The translations under genes and the position numbers were made by a program. The notes under the pieces were generated by a model, which was given only the letters and a program-made list of their open reading frames with translations, was not told where the DNA came from and made no database searches. A stretch of 64,000 nt of DNA from an uncultured Gemmatimonadales bacterium (GTDB taxonomy: Bacteria > Gemmatimonadota > Gemmatimonadetes > Gemmatimonadales > JACORV01), in contig CAWETG010000001.1 of assembly GCA_963812035.1 (NCBI GenBank), positions 132,590-196,589 on the forward strand. Reading direction: 5' to 3'. Below are positions 55,109-64,000 of this stretch, one piece after another (within the stretch, counting starts at the first letter, position 1; every line of letters begins with the position of its first letter).

Positions 55109-55492
55109 CTACTTCGCGAAGCCGCTCGGCATCTGGAGCAGGAAGAACTTGTTGCCGTCCAGGTCCTCGAAGTTCGCGACGATGCCGCCCCACCGCTCCT
55201 TGCGCGGCTTCAGCGTGAACTTGACCTTCTTCTTCGTCAGGGCCTTGTAGGTCTTCTCGATGTCGTCCACCTGGAAGCTCACGCCGGTGCGCACCCCGAT
55301 CAACTTCTTGGCCTTCTTGTTCCACGGGGTCGTGAGCGAGAGCGTAGTGCGCCCTGCCCCGCAGTCGAAGCACACCCAGTCGTGCTTCTTGTCGAAGAAG
55401 CACAGCCGCAGGCCGAGCTTGTCGCGGTAGAACTTGAGGGACCGGCCGAGGTCCTCGACGACGACGGTGACGTTCCCGATCAGCGTGATCAT
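55109..55492 (-). CDS. VOC-family (glyoxalase/bleomycin-resistance fold) protein
   Basis: ORF 55109..55492. VVVEDLGRSLKFYRDKLGL...FEDLDGNKFFL. Confidence 0.75.
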   Translation of the reverse strand: MITLIGNVTVVVEDLGRSLKFYRDKLGLRLCFFDKKHDWVCFDCGAGRTTLSLTTPWNKKAKKLIGVRTGVSFQVDDIEKTYKALTKKKVKFTLKPRKERWGGIVANFEDLDGNKFFLLQMPSGFAK

Positions 55493-55507
55493 AGACCGCT
55501 CCAGCCT

Positions 55508-56881
55508 CTAGAGAAGCTTCCGTTCGTGCGCCGCCCGCTCGAGCTCCTCGCGGAACTTCGGGTGCGCGATGTCGATGAGGGCGCGGGCGCGCTGCCGCAC
55601 CGTCTTGCCGAACAGGTACGCAGAGCCGTACTCAGTCACCACCCACCGCACGTCGGCCCGGGTGGTCACGACCCCGGCGCACGGCGAGAGGCACGCGACG
55701 ATCCGGGAGAGCTGCCCGCCCTTGGCCGTGGACGGCAGCGCGATGATCGGCTTGCCGCCCCGCGAGCGCGACGCGCCGCGGATGTAGTCCGTCTGGCCGC
55801 CGAACCCGCTGTAGAAAACCGAGCCGATGGAGTCAGCCGAGACCTGCCCCGTAATGTCCACCTCGATCGCCGCGTTGATCGCCACCATGTTGTCGTTCTG
55901 GGCGATGACGAACGGATCGTTGGTGTACGAGGTCGGGTGCAGCTCCACCACCGGGTTGTCGTGCACGAAGTCGAACAGCCGCTGCGTGCCGAGCAGGAAG
56001 CCGGAGATCACCTTGCCACGGTGCAGCGTCTTCCGCTCGCCCGTGATTACCCCGGCCTCGATCAGGTCCACGATGCCGTCGGCGAACATCTCGGTGTGCA
56101 CGCCGAGCGCACGCCGGTCGGACAGGTCCTTCAATACCGCGTCGGGGATCCCGCCGATGCCCATCTGCAGCGTGTCGCCGTCGTCGATCAGCTCCGCGAC
56201 GTTGTGGGCGATGGCGTTGGTGATCTCGTCACCCGGCTCGATGTGCAGCTCCATCAGCGGGCGTGACGTCTCGATCACCGCGTTGAGCTGGCGCACGTGC
56301 ACGAAGGCGTCGCCGTGCACCCTGGGCATCCGCTCGTTGACCTCGGCGATGACGTGCCGGGCGTGCCGCGCCGCGTCAAGCGTGTGGTCCACGCCCACGC
56401 CGAGCGAGCAGAAGCCGTGCGCGTCGGGGGGCGACACCTGGATCAGCGCCACGTCGATGGGCAGCGTGCCGTCGCTGAACAGCCGGGCGATTTCCCCCAG
56501 GAAGATCGGCGTGTAGTCGGCGCGGCCCTCGTTCACCGCCTTGCGCGCGTTGGCGCCGATGAACATCGCGTTGTGGCGGAAGTGCCCTTCCATCTCCGGG
56601 GTCATGTGGGAGGCGCGACCCATCGTGAGCAGGTGCACCACCTCGACGTCCTTGAGCGAGGGGGCGCGGGCCGACAGCGCGTCCACCAGCGGCTCGGGGA
56701 CGGCGCACCCGGGATGGATGTAGACGCGGTCGCCGCTGCGGACCACCTTCACCGCCTCTTCAGGCGTGCAGATCAACGACTGGTAGAACTCGGACCAGGT
56801 CGTGCGAGCGTGCGCTGTCGTAGGGCTTGGTGCGACCGCCGGCATGTTACCTCTCCCGTGGCGACGATGAGGCGTGTTCAC
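55508..56881 (-). CDS. Acetyl-CoA hydrolase/transferase family protein (4-hydroxybutyrate CoA-transferase-like)
   Basis: ORF 55508..56881. VRSGDRVYIHPGCAVPEPL, GIGGIPDAV, GFGGQTDYIRGA. Start ATG 56881 or the internal Met 12 codons in. Confidence 0.8.
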   Translation of the reverse strand: MNTPHRRHGRGNMPAVAPSPTTAHARTTWSEFYQSLICTPEEAVKVVRSGDRVYIHPGCAVPEPLVDALSARAPSLKDVEVVHLLTMGRASHMTPEMEGHFRHNAMFIGANARKAVNEGRADYTPIFLGEIARLFSDGTLPIDVALIQVSPPDAHGFCSLGVGVDHTLDAARHARHVIAEVNERMPRVHGDAFVHVRQLNAVIETSRPLMELHIEPGDEITNAIAHNVAELIDDGDTLQMGIGGIPDAVLKDLSDRRALGVHTEMFADGIVDLIEAGVITGERKTLHRGKVISGFLLGTQRLFDFVHDNPVVELHPTSYTNDPFVIAQNDNMVAINAAIEVDITGQVSADSIGSVFYSGFGGQTDYIRGASRSRGGKPIIALPSTAKGGQLSRIVACLSPCAGVVTTRADVRWVVTEYGSAYLFGKTVRQRARALIDIAHPKFREELERAAHERKLL

Positions 56882-56981
56882 ACCTTCCTCGTGCCCGCAA
56901 TTTCTGTGCTCGGGTGGGAGGCCACGGAATCGGCCGCGTCTGCTGGCTCGAACGGATGTTCGACGCTTTACATCGTCATTC

Positions 56982-59900
56982 TCACTGCCAGTCCCCAGCC
57001 ACGGCGGACTGCGGCCCTTCCGGCCGCTGGACGTGGATCACGCGCCGATAGGTCACGCCGTTCACGGTGACGGTGAGCACGTAGACGCCGGGGTCCACGA
57101 GCGCGGCGCCACCGAAGCCACCGAAGCCGCCGCCGAACCGGCCCGATCTGAGCCCCGCGGGGGGCTCCCAGGCGCCCGGCTCGGACTGCTCCGGGTCCCG
57201 GCCAGCCGCCAGGCGGCGTCCGAACTCGGTGCTGTCGCCCTTCCATGCCGCGGCCATGCTGTCGCGCACGACCCTGGAGCGCGCGGCGGCGAGGAGGCTG
57301 TCGCGGCGCGCGGCGGGGCCGAGCGGGGAGCGGTTCTTCCTGAGATCCCACGTCACCCAGTGGAAGCCCGGGCCGCCGCTCACGCGCATCGTCCGCACGG
57401 TGTCGCCCAGCGGGCCGGTGATGACGAGCTGAAGGGTGTCGGCCCGCGCACGGCGCTGGTCCGGTCCTTCGTCGGCGTACGCCGGCCGCGCGTCGTCCTG
57501 CTCGCCCGGCTCGCCCTGCTCCGGGCCCGCCGAATCGCGAGCTGCGCTTGTATCCACGGCCGGGGAGCCGGTGCCGGGCAGCCGGTACGCGATCCGGGCG
57601 CCGAACGGCGGATTCTGGGCGGCGAACGTCTTGTTCCCCGACCAGAACTGCCCGGTGCGCTCGTTGTAGAGCAGCGCCGGATCGATGGCGAACAGGTGGA
57701 ACGGCGCAGCGAGGATCGAGTCGGTCAACTCCTCCAGCGGCCCGATGTCCATCGCGTACAGGCTGCGGCCGTGAGTCGCGGCCACCAGCACCCGGTCGCG
57801 CGGATGGATGGCCAGATCGTGCACCGGCACCGTCGGCAGGTTCCAGTCCAGCCGGTGCCAGGTCGCGCCGGTGTCGAACGAGACGTACGGGGCGACTTCG
57901 GTGCCGAGGAACAGCAGGCTGCGGCGCCGCGGATCCTCGCGTATCACGTGCACGAACACGTCGCCGGGGAGCGCAGCGGAGAGGCTCCGGAAGGTGCGGC
58001 CGAAGTCGGTGGTGACGAAGACGTAGGGGTGGTTGTTGTCGTCGCGGTGGCCGTCGAACGTCACGTAGCAGGTGGCGCTGTCGAAGTGCGACGGCTCGAC
58101 GCGCGTCACCCAGGTCCTGGCCGGCACGCCGGGGAACCGGCCCGTGAGGCTGGTCCAGGCCGCCCCGTCGGAGGTCGTGAGCCACACGTTGCCGTCGTCG
58201 GTGCCCGCCCAGATGATCCCCGCCCGCAGCGGCGATTCGGCCACCGTGGTGATGGTGCCGTGCGTCTCGGCGCCGGTGACGTCGCGGGTGATCCCGCCGC
58301 TCGTGCTGGTGCTGAGCTTGATCCGCACCGAGTCGCGGGTCGAGAGATCCTCGCTGACGGACGCCCAGTGGTCCCCGCGGTCCACCGACTTGTAGAGCCG
58401 GTTGCCGCCCAGGTAGAGCGTACGCGGGTTGTGCGGGGAGACGAAGAACGGCGTGGACCAGTTGAAGCGGGGACGGCTCACGGAGTCCACGGCGATGCGC
58501 GCCTTGTAGGCGTTCACGGCCCGCTGCTCGTCCGGCGTGATCGGCGCCGTGGTGTCGCCGCGGGCGATCAAGACCGAGTCCTCGAGCAGCCGGGACAGCG
58601 GCCGGCCGGCCGGCTGGATCTGCTTGCGGGTCCAGGTCCGGAGGTCGAGGCGCGAGATGCTGCCGCCCTGCGACTCGACGTACACGGTGTTCGGATCGGT
58701 GGGGTCGATGCCCGCATAGAAGCCGTCGCCGCCGTCCACGTTGAACCAGTCCTGATCGACGATCCCGGCCCGGCGGTTGGTGCGGCTCGGACCGCACCAC
58801 GCGCCGTTGTCCTGCAGGCCGCCGCAGATCCAGAACGGCTGCTGCATGTCGAGGGTGATGGCGTAGAACTGGCCCACCGCCATCTGCATCATCGCGTCGT
58901 AGCTGCGGCCCCGGTCATAGGTGACCGCCAGCCCGCCGTCCTCCCCCACGATGTAGTGGTCCGGGTCGTTGGGATCGACCCAGAATGCGTGGTTGTCGAC
59001 GTGGATGGTCTGCCCGACGCGCCGCGGCGTCCGGCCGCCGTCGTTGGCGAAGTAGAGCTGGGTGCCCATCCAGTACACGCGGTCGGCGTCCTTCGGGTCC
59101 ACCCCCACCTGCGAGAAGTAGAAGGGGCGGTCGTCGTCGCTGTTCATCTTCGTCCAGGTGGCGCCGCCGTCGGTCGTGCGATAGAGACCGGACTGGAGCC
59201 GTTGCCGCTTGGACGTGTCGGCCACGAAGCCCTTGCGCAGCGACTCCGGGTTCGGGTTGCTGTCGGCCTCGACCATCGCGTACACGACTTGCGGGTTGCT
59301 GGGTGCGACGGCCAGCCCGATGCGGCCGAGGGCGGTGGATGGGAACCCGCCGCCGGAGATCCGCGACCAGCTGGCGCCGGCGTCCGTGGTCTTCCAGAGG
59401 CCCGAACCGGGCCCGCCGCTCTGGAGCGAGTAAGGCGTGCGCTGCCGCTCCCACGACGCGGCCCACAGCACGGCATGATTCGACGGATCCATCGCGACGT
59501 CCACGAACCCGGCGCGGTCGCTGATGAACTTGACGTTGGTCCAGGTGTGGCCGCCGTCGGTGGTCTTGAAGAGGCCCCGCTCCTTGTTCGGACCCCAGGC
59601 GTGCCCGAGCGCGGCGACGTACACCACGTTGGCGTCGGCGGGATCGATCACGATCCGGCCGATCTGCCGGGTCTCGGCGAGCCCCATGAACGTCCAGGTC
59701 TTGCCCGCGTCGGCGGACTTGTACACGCCGCCGCCCGGCGAGATGGAGTTGCGCGAGTCCGCCTCGCCGGTGCCGGCCCACACGACGGCCGTGTCGCCCG
59801 GCGCCATGGCGAGCGCGCTCACCGTCGACACCCGCTCGTGGTCGAACACCGGGGTCCAGGTCGTGCCCGCGTTGACCGTCCGCCACAGCCCGCCAGAGGC

Positions 59901-60095
59901 GAATCCGACGAGCGCCTCCTTCGAATTGCGCGGGTTGCCGACGACCGCGCTGACCCGCCCGCTCATGTTGGCTGGCCCGAGGGAGCGCCAGGCGAACGCG
60001 GACAGGATGATAGTGTCAGGATGTGCGGCCTGGGCGCGCGCGGCGCCCAGCGGAACGAGCAGCAGAGCCGAGGTCAGAATGAAGGCGCTTCGCAT
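56982..60095 (-). CDS. Secreted BNR/Sortilin-VPS10-repeat beta-propeller protein
   Basis: Frame of ORF 56982..60257, ATG 60095. Signal MRSAFILTSALLLVPLGAARAQA. Repeated SxDxGxTW motifs (NAGTTWT, SADAGKTWT, TTDGGHTWT, TTDAGASWS, TTDGGATWT). Confidence 0.75.
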   Translation of the reverse strand: MRSAFILTSALLLVPLGAARAQAAHPDTIILSAFAWRSLGPANMSGRVSAVVGNPRNSKEALVGFASGGLWRTVNAGTTWTPVFDHERVSTVSALAMAPGDTAVVWAGTGEADSRNSISPGGGVYKSADAGKTWTFMGLAETRQIGRIVIDPADANVVYVAALGHAWGPNKERGLFKTTDGGHTWTNVKFISDRAGFVDVAMDPSNHAVLWAASWERQRTPYSLQSGGPGSGLWKTTDAGASWSRISGGGFPSTALGRIGLAVAPSNPQVVYAMVEADSNPNPESLRKGFVADTSKRQRLQSGLYRTTDGGATWTKMNSDDDRPFYFSQVGVDPKDADRVYWMGTQLYFANDGGRTPRRVGQTIHVDNHAFWVDPNDPDHYIVGEDGGLAVTYDRGRSYDAMMQMAVGQFYAITLDMQQPFWICGGLQDNGAWCGPSRTNRRAGIVDQDWFNVDGGDGFYAGIDPTDPNTVYVESQGGSISRLDLRTWTRKQIQPAGRPLSRLLEDSVLIARGDTTAPITPDEQRAVNAYKARIAVDSVSRPRFNWSTPFFVSPHNPRTLYLGGNRLYKSVDRGDHWASVSEDLSTRDSVRIKLSTSTSGGITRDVTGAETHGTITTVAESPLRAGIIWAGTDDGNVWLTTSDGAAWTSLTGRFPGVPARTWVTRVEPSHFDSATCYVTFDGHRDDNNHPYVFVTTDFGRTFRSLSAALPGDVFVHVIREDPRRRSLLFLGTEVAPYVSFDTGATWHRLDWNLPTVPVHDLAIHPRDRVLVAATHGRSLYAMDIGPLEELTDSILAAPFHLFAIDPALLYNERTGQFWSGNKTFAAQNPPFGARIAYRLPGTGSPAVDTSAARDSAGPEQGEPGEQDDARPAYADEGPDQRRARADTLQLVITGPLGDTVRTMRVSGGPGFHWVTWDLRKNRSPLGPAARRDSLLAAARSRVVRDSMAAAWKGDSTEFGRRLAAGRDPEQSEPGAWEPPAGLRSGRFGGGFGGFGGAALVDPGVYVLTVTVNGVTYRRVIHVQRPEGPQSAVAGDWQ

Positions 60096-60246
60096 GAGGA
60101 CGACCCTGGTTGTGGACGGTGTGGCGGGGAAGATGGAGCCGGCGCGCGGCTCGCGGCCAGCCCCAGAGCTACGGCCGGTCGCCCGGGCGCGTTGAAGGTG
60201 GGCCGCCCATTGCCCCGCCGGCGCCGGCCGAGCCACAATTCCCGCC

Positions 60247-60834
60247 ATGGACCCCACCTTGAGCTACGAGCTGCTCCGCAGCTTCACCACGCCGGTGGTC
60301 GCGATCACGGCGGAGCGCGACGGGAAGCGGAACGGGATGATCTCCGACGCGGCGACCCGCGCCTCGATCGTCCCCGACGTACCCCGGCTGATCGTCGTGG
60401 TGCACAAGTTCAACTACACCCACGACATGATCTTCGAGACCGGCCGCTTCGCGGTGCACGCGCTGCACCGCGCCCAGTTCGACCTGATCGAGCGGCTCGG
60501 CTTCGAGAGCGGGCGCAACCGCGACAAGCTGGCGGACGTGCCGCACCGGCTCGGCGACACGCTCGGATGCCCGATCCTGGACGATTGCTGGGCCTGGTTC
60601 GAGTGCCGCGTGGTCAACGTGATGGATACCGGCAGCTCGACCTGCTTCCTGGGCGACGTCGTGGACCTGGGGCGCGGTCCCGGGAAGGAGATCATGTCGC
60701 CGGGTTACATGCGTGCCAACCTGCCGGAAGCGTGGCGGGAATCGTACCTGGCAAGGCTGGCTGCGGCCCAGGCGTGGGCGCGGGAGCGGTCGCCCGACAT
60801 CCGCGCCGTGATCTGGAGAGGGCTCACGCCCTAG
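60247..60834 (+). CDS. Flavin reductase-like (FMN-binding split-barrel) protein
   Basis: ORF 60247..60834. FTTPVVAITAERDGKRNGMI...FAVHAL. Confidence 0.75.
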   Translation: MDPTLSYELLRSFTTPVVAITAERDGKRNGMISDAATRASIVPDVPRLIVVVHKFNYTHDMIFETGRFAVHALHRAQFDLIERLGFESGRNRDKLADVPHRLGDTLGCPILDDCWAWFECRVVNVMDTGSSTCFLGDVVDLGRGPGKEIMSPGYMRANLPEAWRESYLARLAAAQAWARERSPDIRAVIWRGLTP

Positions 60835-60848
60835 AGCCTGCCCGGTCC

Positions 60849-61019
60849 CTACTCTGCCCGGCCATGCTCCGCGACCTTGATTTCCCGATGTTCGTACTGG
60901 TTCCAGTCGCCGCACTTGGGGCACGGGATCCGCACGCCCATCGGTTCGTCCGCGATGTATCGTTCGGGAAGCAGGAACTCCACCGCGCAGGTCTTGCACC
61001 ACACCCGGTACTCACGCAT
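60849..61019 (-). CDS. Small zinc-ribbon protein (CxxC...CxxC)
   Basis: Frame of ORF 60849..61037, ATG 61019. MREYRVWCKTCAVEF...IPCPKCGDWNQYE. Confidence 0.4.
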   Translation of the reverse strand: MREYRVWCKTCAVEFLLPERYIADEPMGVRIPCPKCGDWNQYEHREIKVAEHGRAE

Positions 61020-61051
61020 GTGCAACCCTCCGAACATCCGAAGCGAGTTCC

Positions 61052-61342
61052 TCAGGTCACGACGACCGAGTTCTCACTTCCGAACGGGTTCGCGACGTAC
61101 TTGTCGGCCGCCGGATCGTTGACGCAGTAGACCCCATCGACCAGGTACCGGAAGCCGTACTCGCGCCCGGCCAGCAGCTCCACCCCCACGCGCCACGTTC
61201 CCTCCGCCGACCGCCGCATCGCTTTCGACGCCTGCCAGTCGGTGAAGTCGCCGATGACGTGCACCGTGCCCGCGTCCGGGCGCTCGAGGACAAAAGTGAC
61301 TCGGACATAGGTGTGCCTGGCGGCTCGTCGCTTGGTGATCAC
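61052..61342 (-). CDS. Small glycogen-binding-module (CBM48 / AMPK beta-like) protein
   Basis: Frame of ORF 61052..61453, GTG 61342 inferred. VRVTFVLERPDAGTVHVIGDFTDWQ...GREYGFRYLVDG. Confidence 0.6.
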   Translation of the reverse strand: MITKRRAARHTYVRVTFVLERPDAGTVHVIGDFTDWQASKAMRRSAEGTWRVGVELLAGREYGFRYLVDGVYCVNDPAADKYVANPFGSENSVVVT

Positions 61343-61704
61343 GGTCGGGGCTCCGTTCGTTCCGCTCGATGGGGCGCAGTAGCATTCGCGCCGGTGGCCG
61401 CGCCGGCCGAGGGAGGCTGCTGGCGCTGCTCGTTGGCGGGAAGCCCTTCGCACGAAACGAAATGAAACGAGCGTCCGCGGCGGACGAGGTCGTGCTGCTG
61501 CGTCTTGCCGGTACTCATACTGCCTTAGTAGGCCGGGCTAAGGGGAAGGAGTAAGGCTGCCCGGCCTGATGGGACGCTGTAATCTAGCCGGGTCCGGGGG
61601 ATTCCGCTTGACCGGTGGGAGATCCCGGCGCAGGCAAGGGGTCCCCACCGTCCGAAGCCCCGTCCCTCCGCTCAGAGATCAGGGAAACCCTGAGACGGAA
61701 CGGT

Positions 61705-62037
61705 TCAGCGCTCGAGCTGCACAACGACCGCGGTGCCGTAGCACAGCACTTCGGTGGCCGAGCCCTGCCGACTGCCAACCTCCGACGACTCGTAGCGTAT
61801 CCCGAGCACGGCGTTGGCCCCAAGCTGGCCGGCGTGCTGGAGCATCACGTCATATGCCTGCTGGCGGGTCTGCTCGCACATTTCCGTGTAGGCGCCGATC
61901 TGCCCGCCGATGATCGCCTTGAGGCCTCCCATGATGCCTTGGCCGATGGTCGGGGCGCGGACCACGATGCCACGCACCAGGCCCTTGTACTCGGCGATCC
62001 GACAGCCTTCGATCGAGAACGTGGTCGTGACCTGCAT
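61705..62037 (-). CDS. ybjQ: YbjQ-family (UPF0145) protein
   Basis: ORF 61705..62037. GLVRGIVVRAPTIGQGIMGGLKAIIGGQIGAYTEMCEQTRQQAYDVMLQHAGQLGANAVLGIRY. Confidence 0.8.
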   Translation of the reverse strand: MQVTTTFSIEGCRIAEYKGLVRGIVVRAPTIGQGIMGGLKAIIGGQIGAYTEMCEQTRQQAYDVMLQHAGQLGANAVLGIRYESSEVGSRQGSATEVLCYGTAVVVQLER

Positions 62038-62085
62038 GGTCGTGCTCCTTGCGTGGAGGTCTCGGTACGGGCCGCGACCGACTCG

Positions 62086-64000
62086 TCACGGACGGGCGGC
62101 GCGGGTCGGCTCGAAGTGGCTGTAGAAGACGTGTTTCGCCAGCTCTCCCGAGACGATGTACATCGCCACAACGACCGCCACCAGACCCAGGAAGGCGACC
62201 GGCAGCGGGGTCAGGCCCAGGAGGGGCGCGAACGGCACGTACGGCAGCACCAGTGCGGTCGCCACGACACCCAGGGTGGCCCACAGCAGGCGCTTGCCGG
62301 GCCGGCTGCGGAAGAACGGCCGGCGGCTGCGGACTACCAGGACGATGAGAGCCGCGGAGACCACCGACTCGACGAACCAGCCGGTGCGGAACTGGTCGGT
62401 GCCGGCCTTGAGGAGAAACAGCAGCGCACCGAAGGTCAGGTAGTCGAAGACCGAGCTCAACACGCCGAAGGCCAGCATGAAGGAGCGGATGAAGCCGATG
62501 TCCCAGCGGCGGGGCCGCGTGAGCATCTCCACGTCCACGCTGTCGCTGGCGATGGTCGTCTCCGGCATGTCGGTGAGCAGGTTGGTCAGCAGGATCTGCT
62601 TGGGCAGGAGCGGCAGGAACGGCAGCAGCAGCGAGGCGCCGGCCATGCTGAACATGTTGCCGAAGTTGGCGCTGGTGGCCATCAGCACGTACTTGAGCGT
62701 GTTCGCGAACGTGGTTCGCCCCTCACGCACGCCGTCGACCAGCACGTCCAGGTCCTTCTCCAGCAGCACGATGTCGGCGACCTCCTTGGCCACGTCCACG
62801 GCATCTTCGACGGAGATCCCCACGTCGGCCGCGTGCAGCGCCGAGGCGTCGTTGATGCCGTCGCCCATGTAGCCCACCACGTTGCCGGCTTTGCGCAGGG
62901 CCAGGATGATGCGCTCCTTCTGGTTCGGCTCCACCTCCGCGAAGACGGCCACCTGGCCGACGCGGGCGACGAGCGCCGCGTCGCTCATCTGCCTCAGCTC
63001 GTGGCCCGACAGCACCTGGGCGCCGCCGAGCCCGATCTCGCGCGCCACGGTCGCGGCCACCAGCGCGTTGTCCCCGGTGATGACCTTGAGGCTCACGCCA
63101 AGGTCGCGCAGCCGGCCAATGGTCGCCTCGATGCCGGGCTTCGGGGGGTCGGAGAACAGGATGAAGCCCACAAAGCTCATGCCGACTTCACTGTCCTTAC
63201 CGATCCTCGCTTCGGAGCCCAGCCTCTTGCAGGCAACGCCCAGAGTGCGCCGGCCGTTGCTGCTGTACTGGACGTACTGCGCCTCGATTCGCTCCCGCAT
63301 GCTGTCCATCGGGGCCGCGACGCCCGCCGGGTCCTCGGCGACGGTGCACACGTCGAGCACCTGGGCGAGCGCACCCTTGGTGATCATCAGGTTGCCCTCG
63401 GGGCCGGCTGCGAGAATGGAGAGGCGCTTGCGGACGAAATCGTAGGGAACCTCGTCCAACTTCTTCCAGGCCGAGATGTCGATCTTGCCGTGGTTGCGGA
63501 TGGCGGCGTCGATGGGGCTCGCGAAGCCCGACTCGAAGGAGGCGTTGAGGAAGGCGTACAGCAGGACTCGAGCGCTCGGCGCTCCGGCGAGGTCGTTGGC
63601 GGACTGGAGCGTCACCACCCCTTCCGTGATGGTACCCGTCTTGTCGGTGCACAGCACGTTCATGCTGCCGAAGTTCTCGATCGATGCCAGGCGCTTGACG
63701 ATCACCTTCCGCTCGGCCATCCGCCGCGCGCCGTGGGCGAGGTTGATGCTGACGATCGCCGGCAGGAGCTGCGGCGTGAGGCCCACCGCCAGCGCCATCG
63801 AGAACAGGAAGGAGTCGAGAACGGGACGGTGCAGGTAGACGTTGAAGGCGAAGATGCCGATCACCAGCAGCAGCGTCACCTCCAGGAGCAGGTACCCGAA
63901 GCGGCGCAACCCGTGCTCGAATTCGGTCTCGGGCGGGCGCAGCTTGAGGCGCTCCGAGACCCGGCCGAACTCGGTGTCCCTTCCGATCGCCACGACCACG
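62086..64000 (-). CDS. mgtA: Magnesium-translocating P-type ATPase (partial; N-terminal part lies beyond the window end)
   Basis: ORF 62086..63999, open at the window edge. CTDKTGTITEG, MGDGINDASALHAADVGISV, and a C-terminal TM bundle typical of MgtA/MgtB. Confidence 0.85.
   Translation of the reverse strand, partial: VVVAIGRDTEFGRVSERLKLRPPETEFEHGLRRFGYLLLEVTLLLVIGIFAFNVYLHRPVLDSFLFSMALAVGLTPQLLPAIVSINLAHGARRMAERKVIVKRLASIENFGSMNVLCTDKTGTITEGVVTLQSANDLAGAPSARVLLYAFLNASFESGFASPIDAAIRNHGKIDISAWKKLDEVPYDFVRKRLSILAAGPEGNLMITKGALAQVLDVCTVAEDPAGVAAPMDSMRERIEAQYVQYSSNGRRTLGVACKRLGSEARIGKDSEVGMSFVGFILFSDPPKPGIEATIGRLRDLGVSLKVITGDNALVAATVAREIGLGGAQVLSGHELRQMSDAALVARVGQVAVFAEVEPNQKERIILALRKAGNVVGYMGDGINDASALHAADVGISVEDAVDVAKEVADIVLLEKDLDVLVDGVREGRTTFANTLKYVLMATSANFGNMFSMAGASLLLPFLPLLPKQILLTNLLTDMPETTIASDSVDVEMLTRPRRWDIGFIRSFMLAFGVLSSVFDYLTFGALLFLLKAGTDQFRTGWFVESVVSAALIVLVVRSRRPFFRSRPGKRLLWATLGVVATALVLPYVPFAPLLGLTPLPVAFLGLVAVVVAMYIVSGELAKHVFYSHFEPTRAARP

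Noticed and set aside
61640-61704. TPP (THI-box)-like string on the minus strand: gggtttccctgatctctgagcggaggga (resembles ACCC..CCUGAUCU..GCG.AGGGA).
   Set aside because: The upstream half of the THI element (the GGGG...CUGAGA helices) is missing or would fall inside the ybjQ coding sequence. No thiamine-related gene follows.

Overview
Very GC-rich bacterial chromosomal segment (GC judged by eye, not computed). The gene content (GWxTD/TPR protein, CarboxypepD_reg-type TonB receptor, MglAB, many lipoproteins) suggests Gemmatimonadota or a neighbouring phylum, but this is inference only. I support about 65 protein genes, one SRP RNA, one IS110-family insertion sequence and several short-repeat families. 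All functional calls come from reading motifs in the supplied translations; no database search was possible. Many long ORFs in the track are antisense artefacts of the high GC. Start codons are often GTG, and I re-picked them where homology or gene packing argued for it.

Layout:
- 1-2 kb: cupredoxin (partial), DUF5679 and rocD.
- 2-7 kb: an accessory-looking stretch of small secreted proteins and lipoproteins, a truncated Ig-like gene colliding with a Ser/Thr-kinase remnant, DJ-1 and an ANT/Lnu-like nucleotidyltransferase.
- 7-11.5 kb: exported GDE-like glucosidase, O-methyltransferase and CBM-esterase.
- 11.5-19.4 kb: minus-strand RR-HK-OMF-MFP-RND efflux operon plus PepSY.
- 19.4-24.5 kb: dnaJ-grpE, GWxTD/TPR protein and a secreted paralog.
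- 24.6-25.9 kb: IS110 element.
- 26-28.3 kb: ECF sigma, anti-sigma and PDZ protein.
- 28.3-37 kb: tightly packed minus-strand array ffs-dnaX-ybaB-recR-HEAT miniprotein-mglB-mglA-pgsA-cinA-hydrolase-tryptophanase-like.
- 37-44.2 kb: ltaE, yihY, ytxH, fba, cupin, DUF814, MBL and pyk.
- 44.2-47.7 kb: RelE/Phd pair and a GH3-PA14 beta-glucosidase.
- 47.7-56.9 kb: co-directional cluster of CoA-transferase, VOC, DSD1-like, class IV aminotransferase, unknown 513-aa protein, PD40 lipoprotein and TonB receptor.
- 57-64 kb: BNR/VPS10 protein, flavin reductase, CBM48, ybjQ and partial mgtA.

Most interesting observations:
1. The IS110 element's non-coding leader contains strings matching its own inferred circle junction and its left target flank around a CT core, as expected for a bridge RNA.
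2. A roughly 105-nt palindromic element made of SD-like and anti-SD-like units flanks the PepSY gene as 44/45-nt direct repeats. It supplies the last codons and stop codon of three different genes.
3. A TTGCGAGAC repeat family appears as a perfect 29-bp inverted-repeat element, as a tandem array upstream of grpE, and in frame inside dnaX and a signal peptide.
4. A 33/35-nt duplicate of the TonB-receptor 3' end brackets the beta-glucosidase gene.
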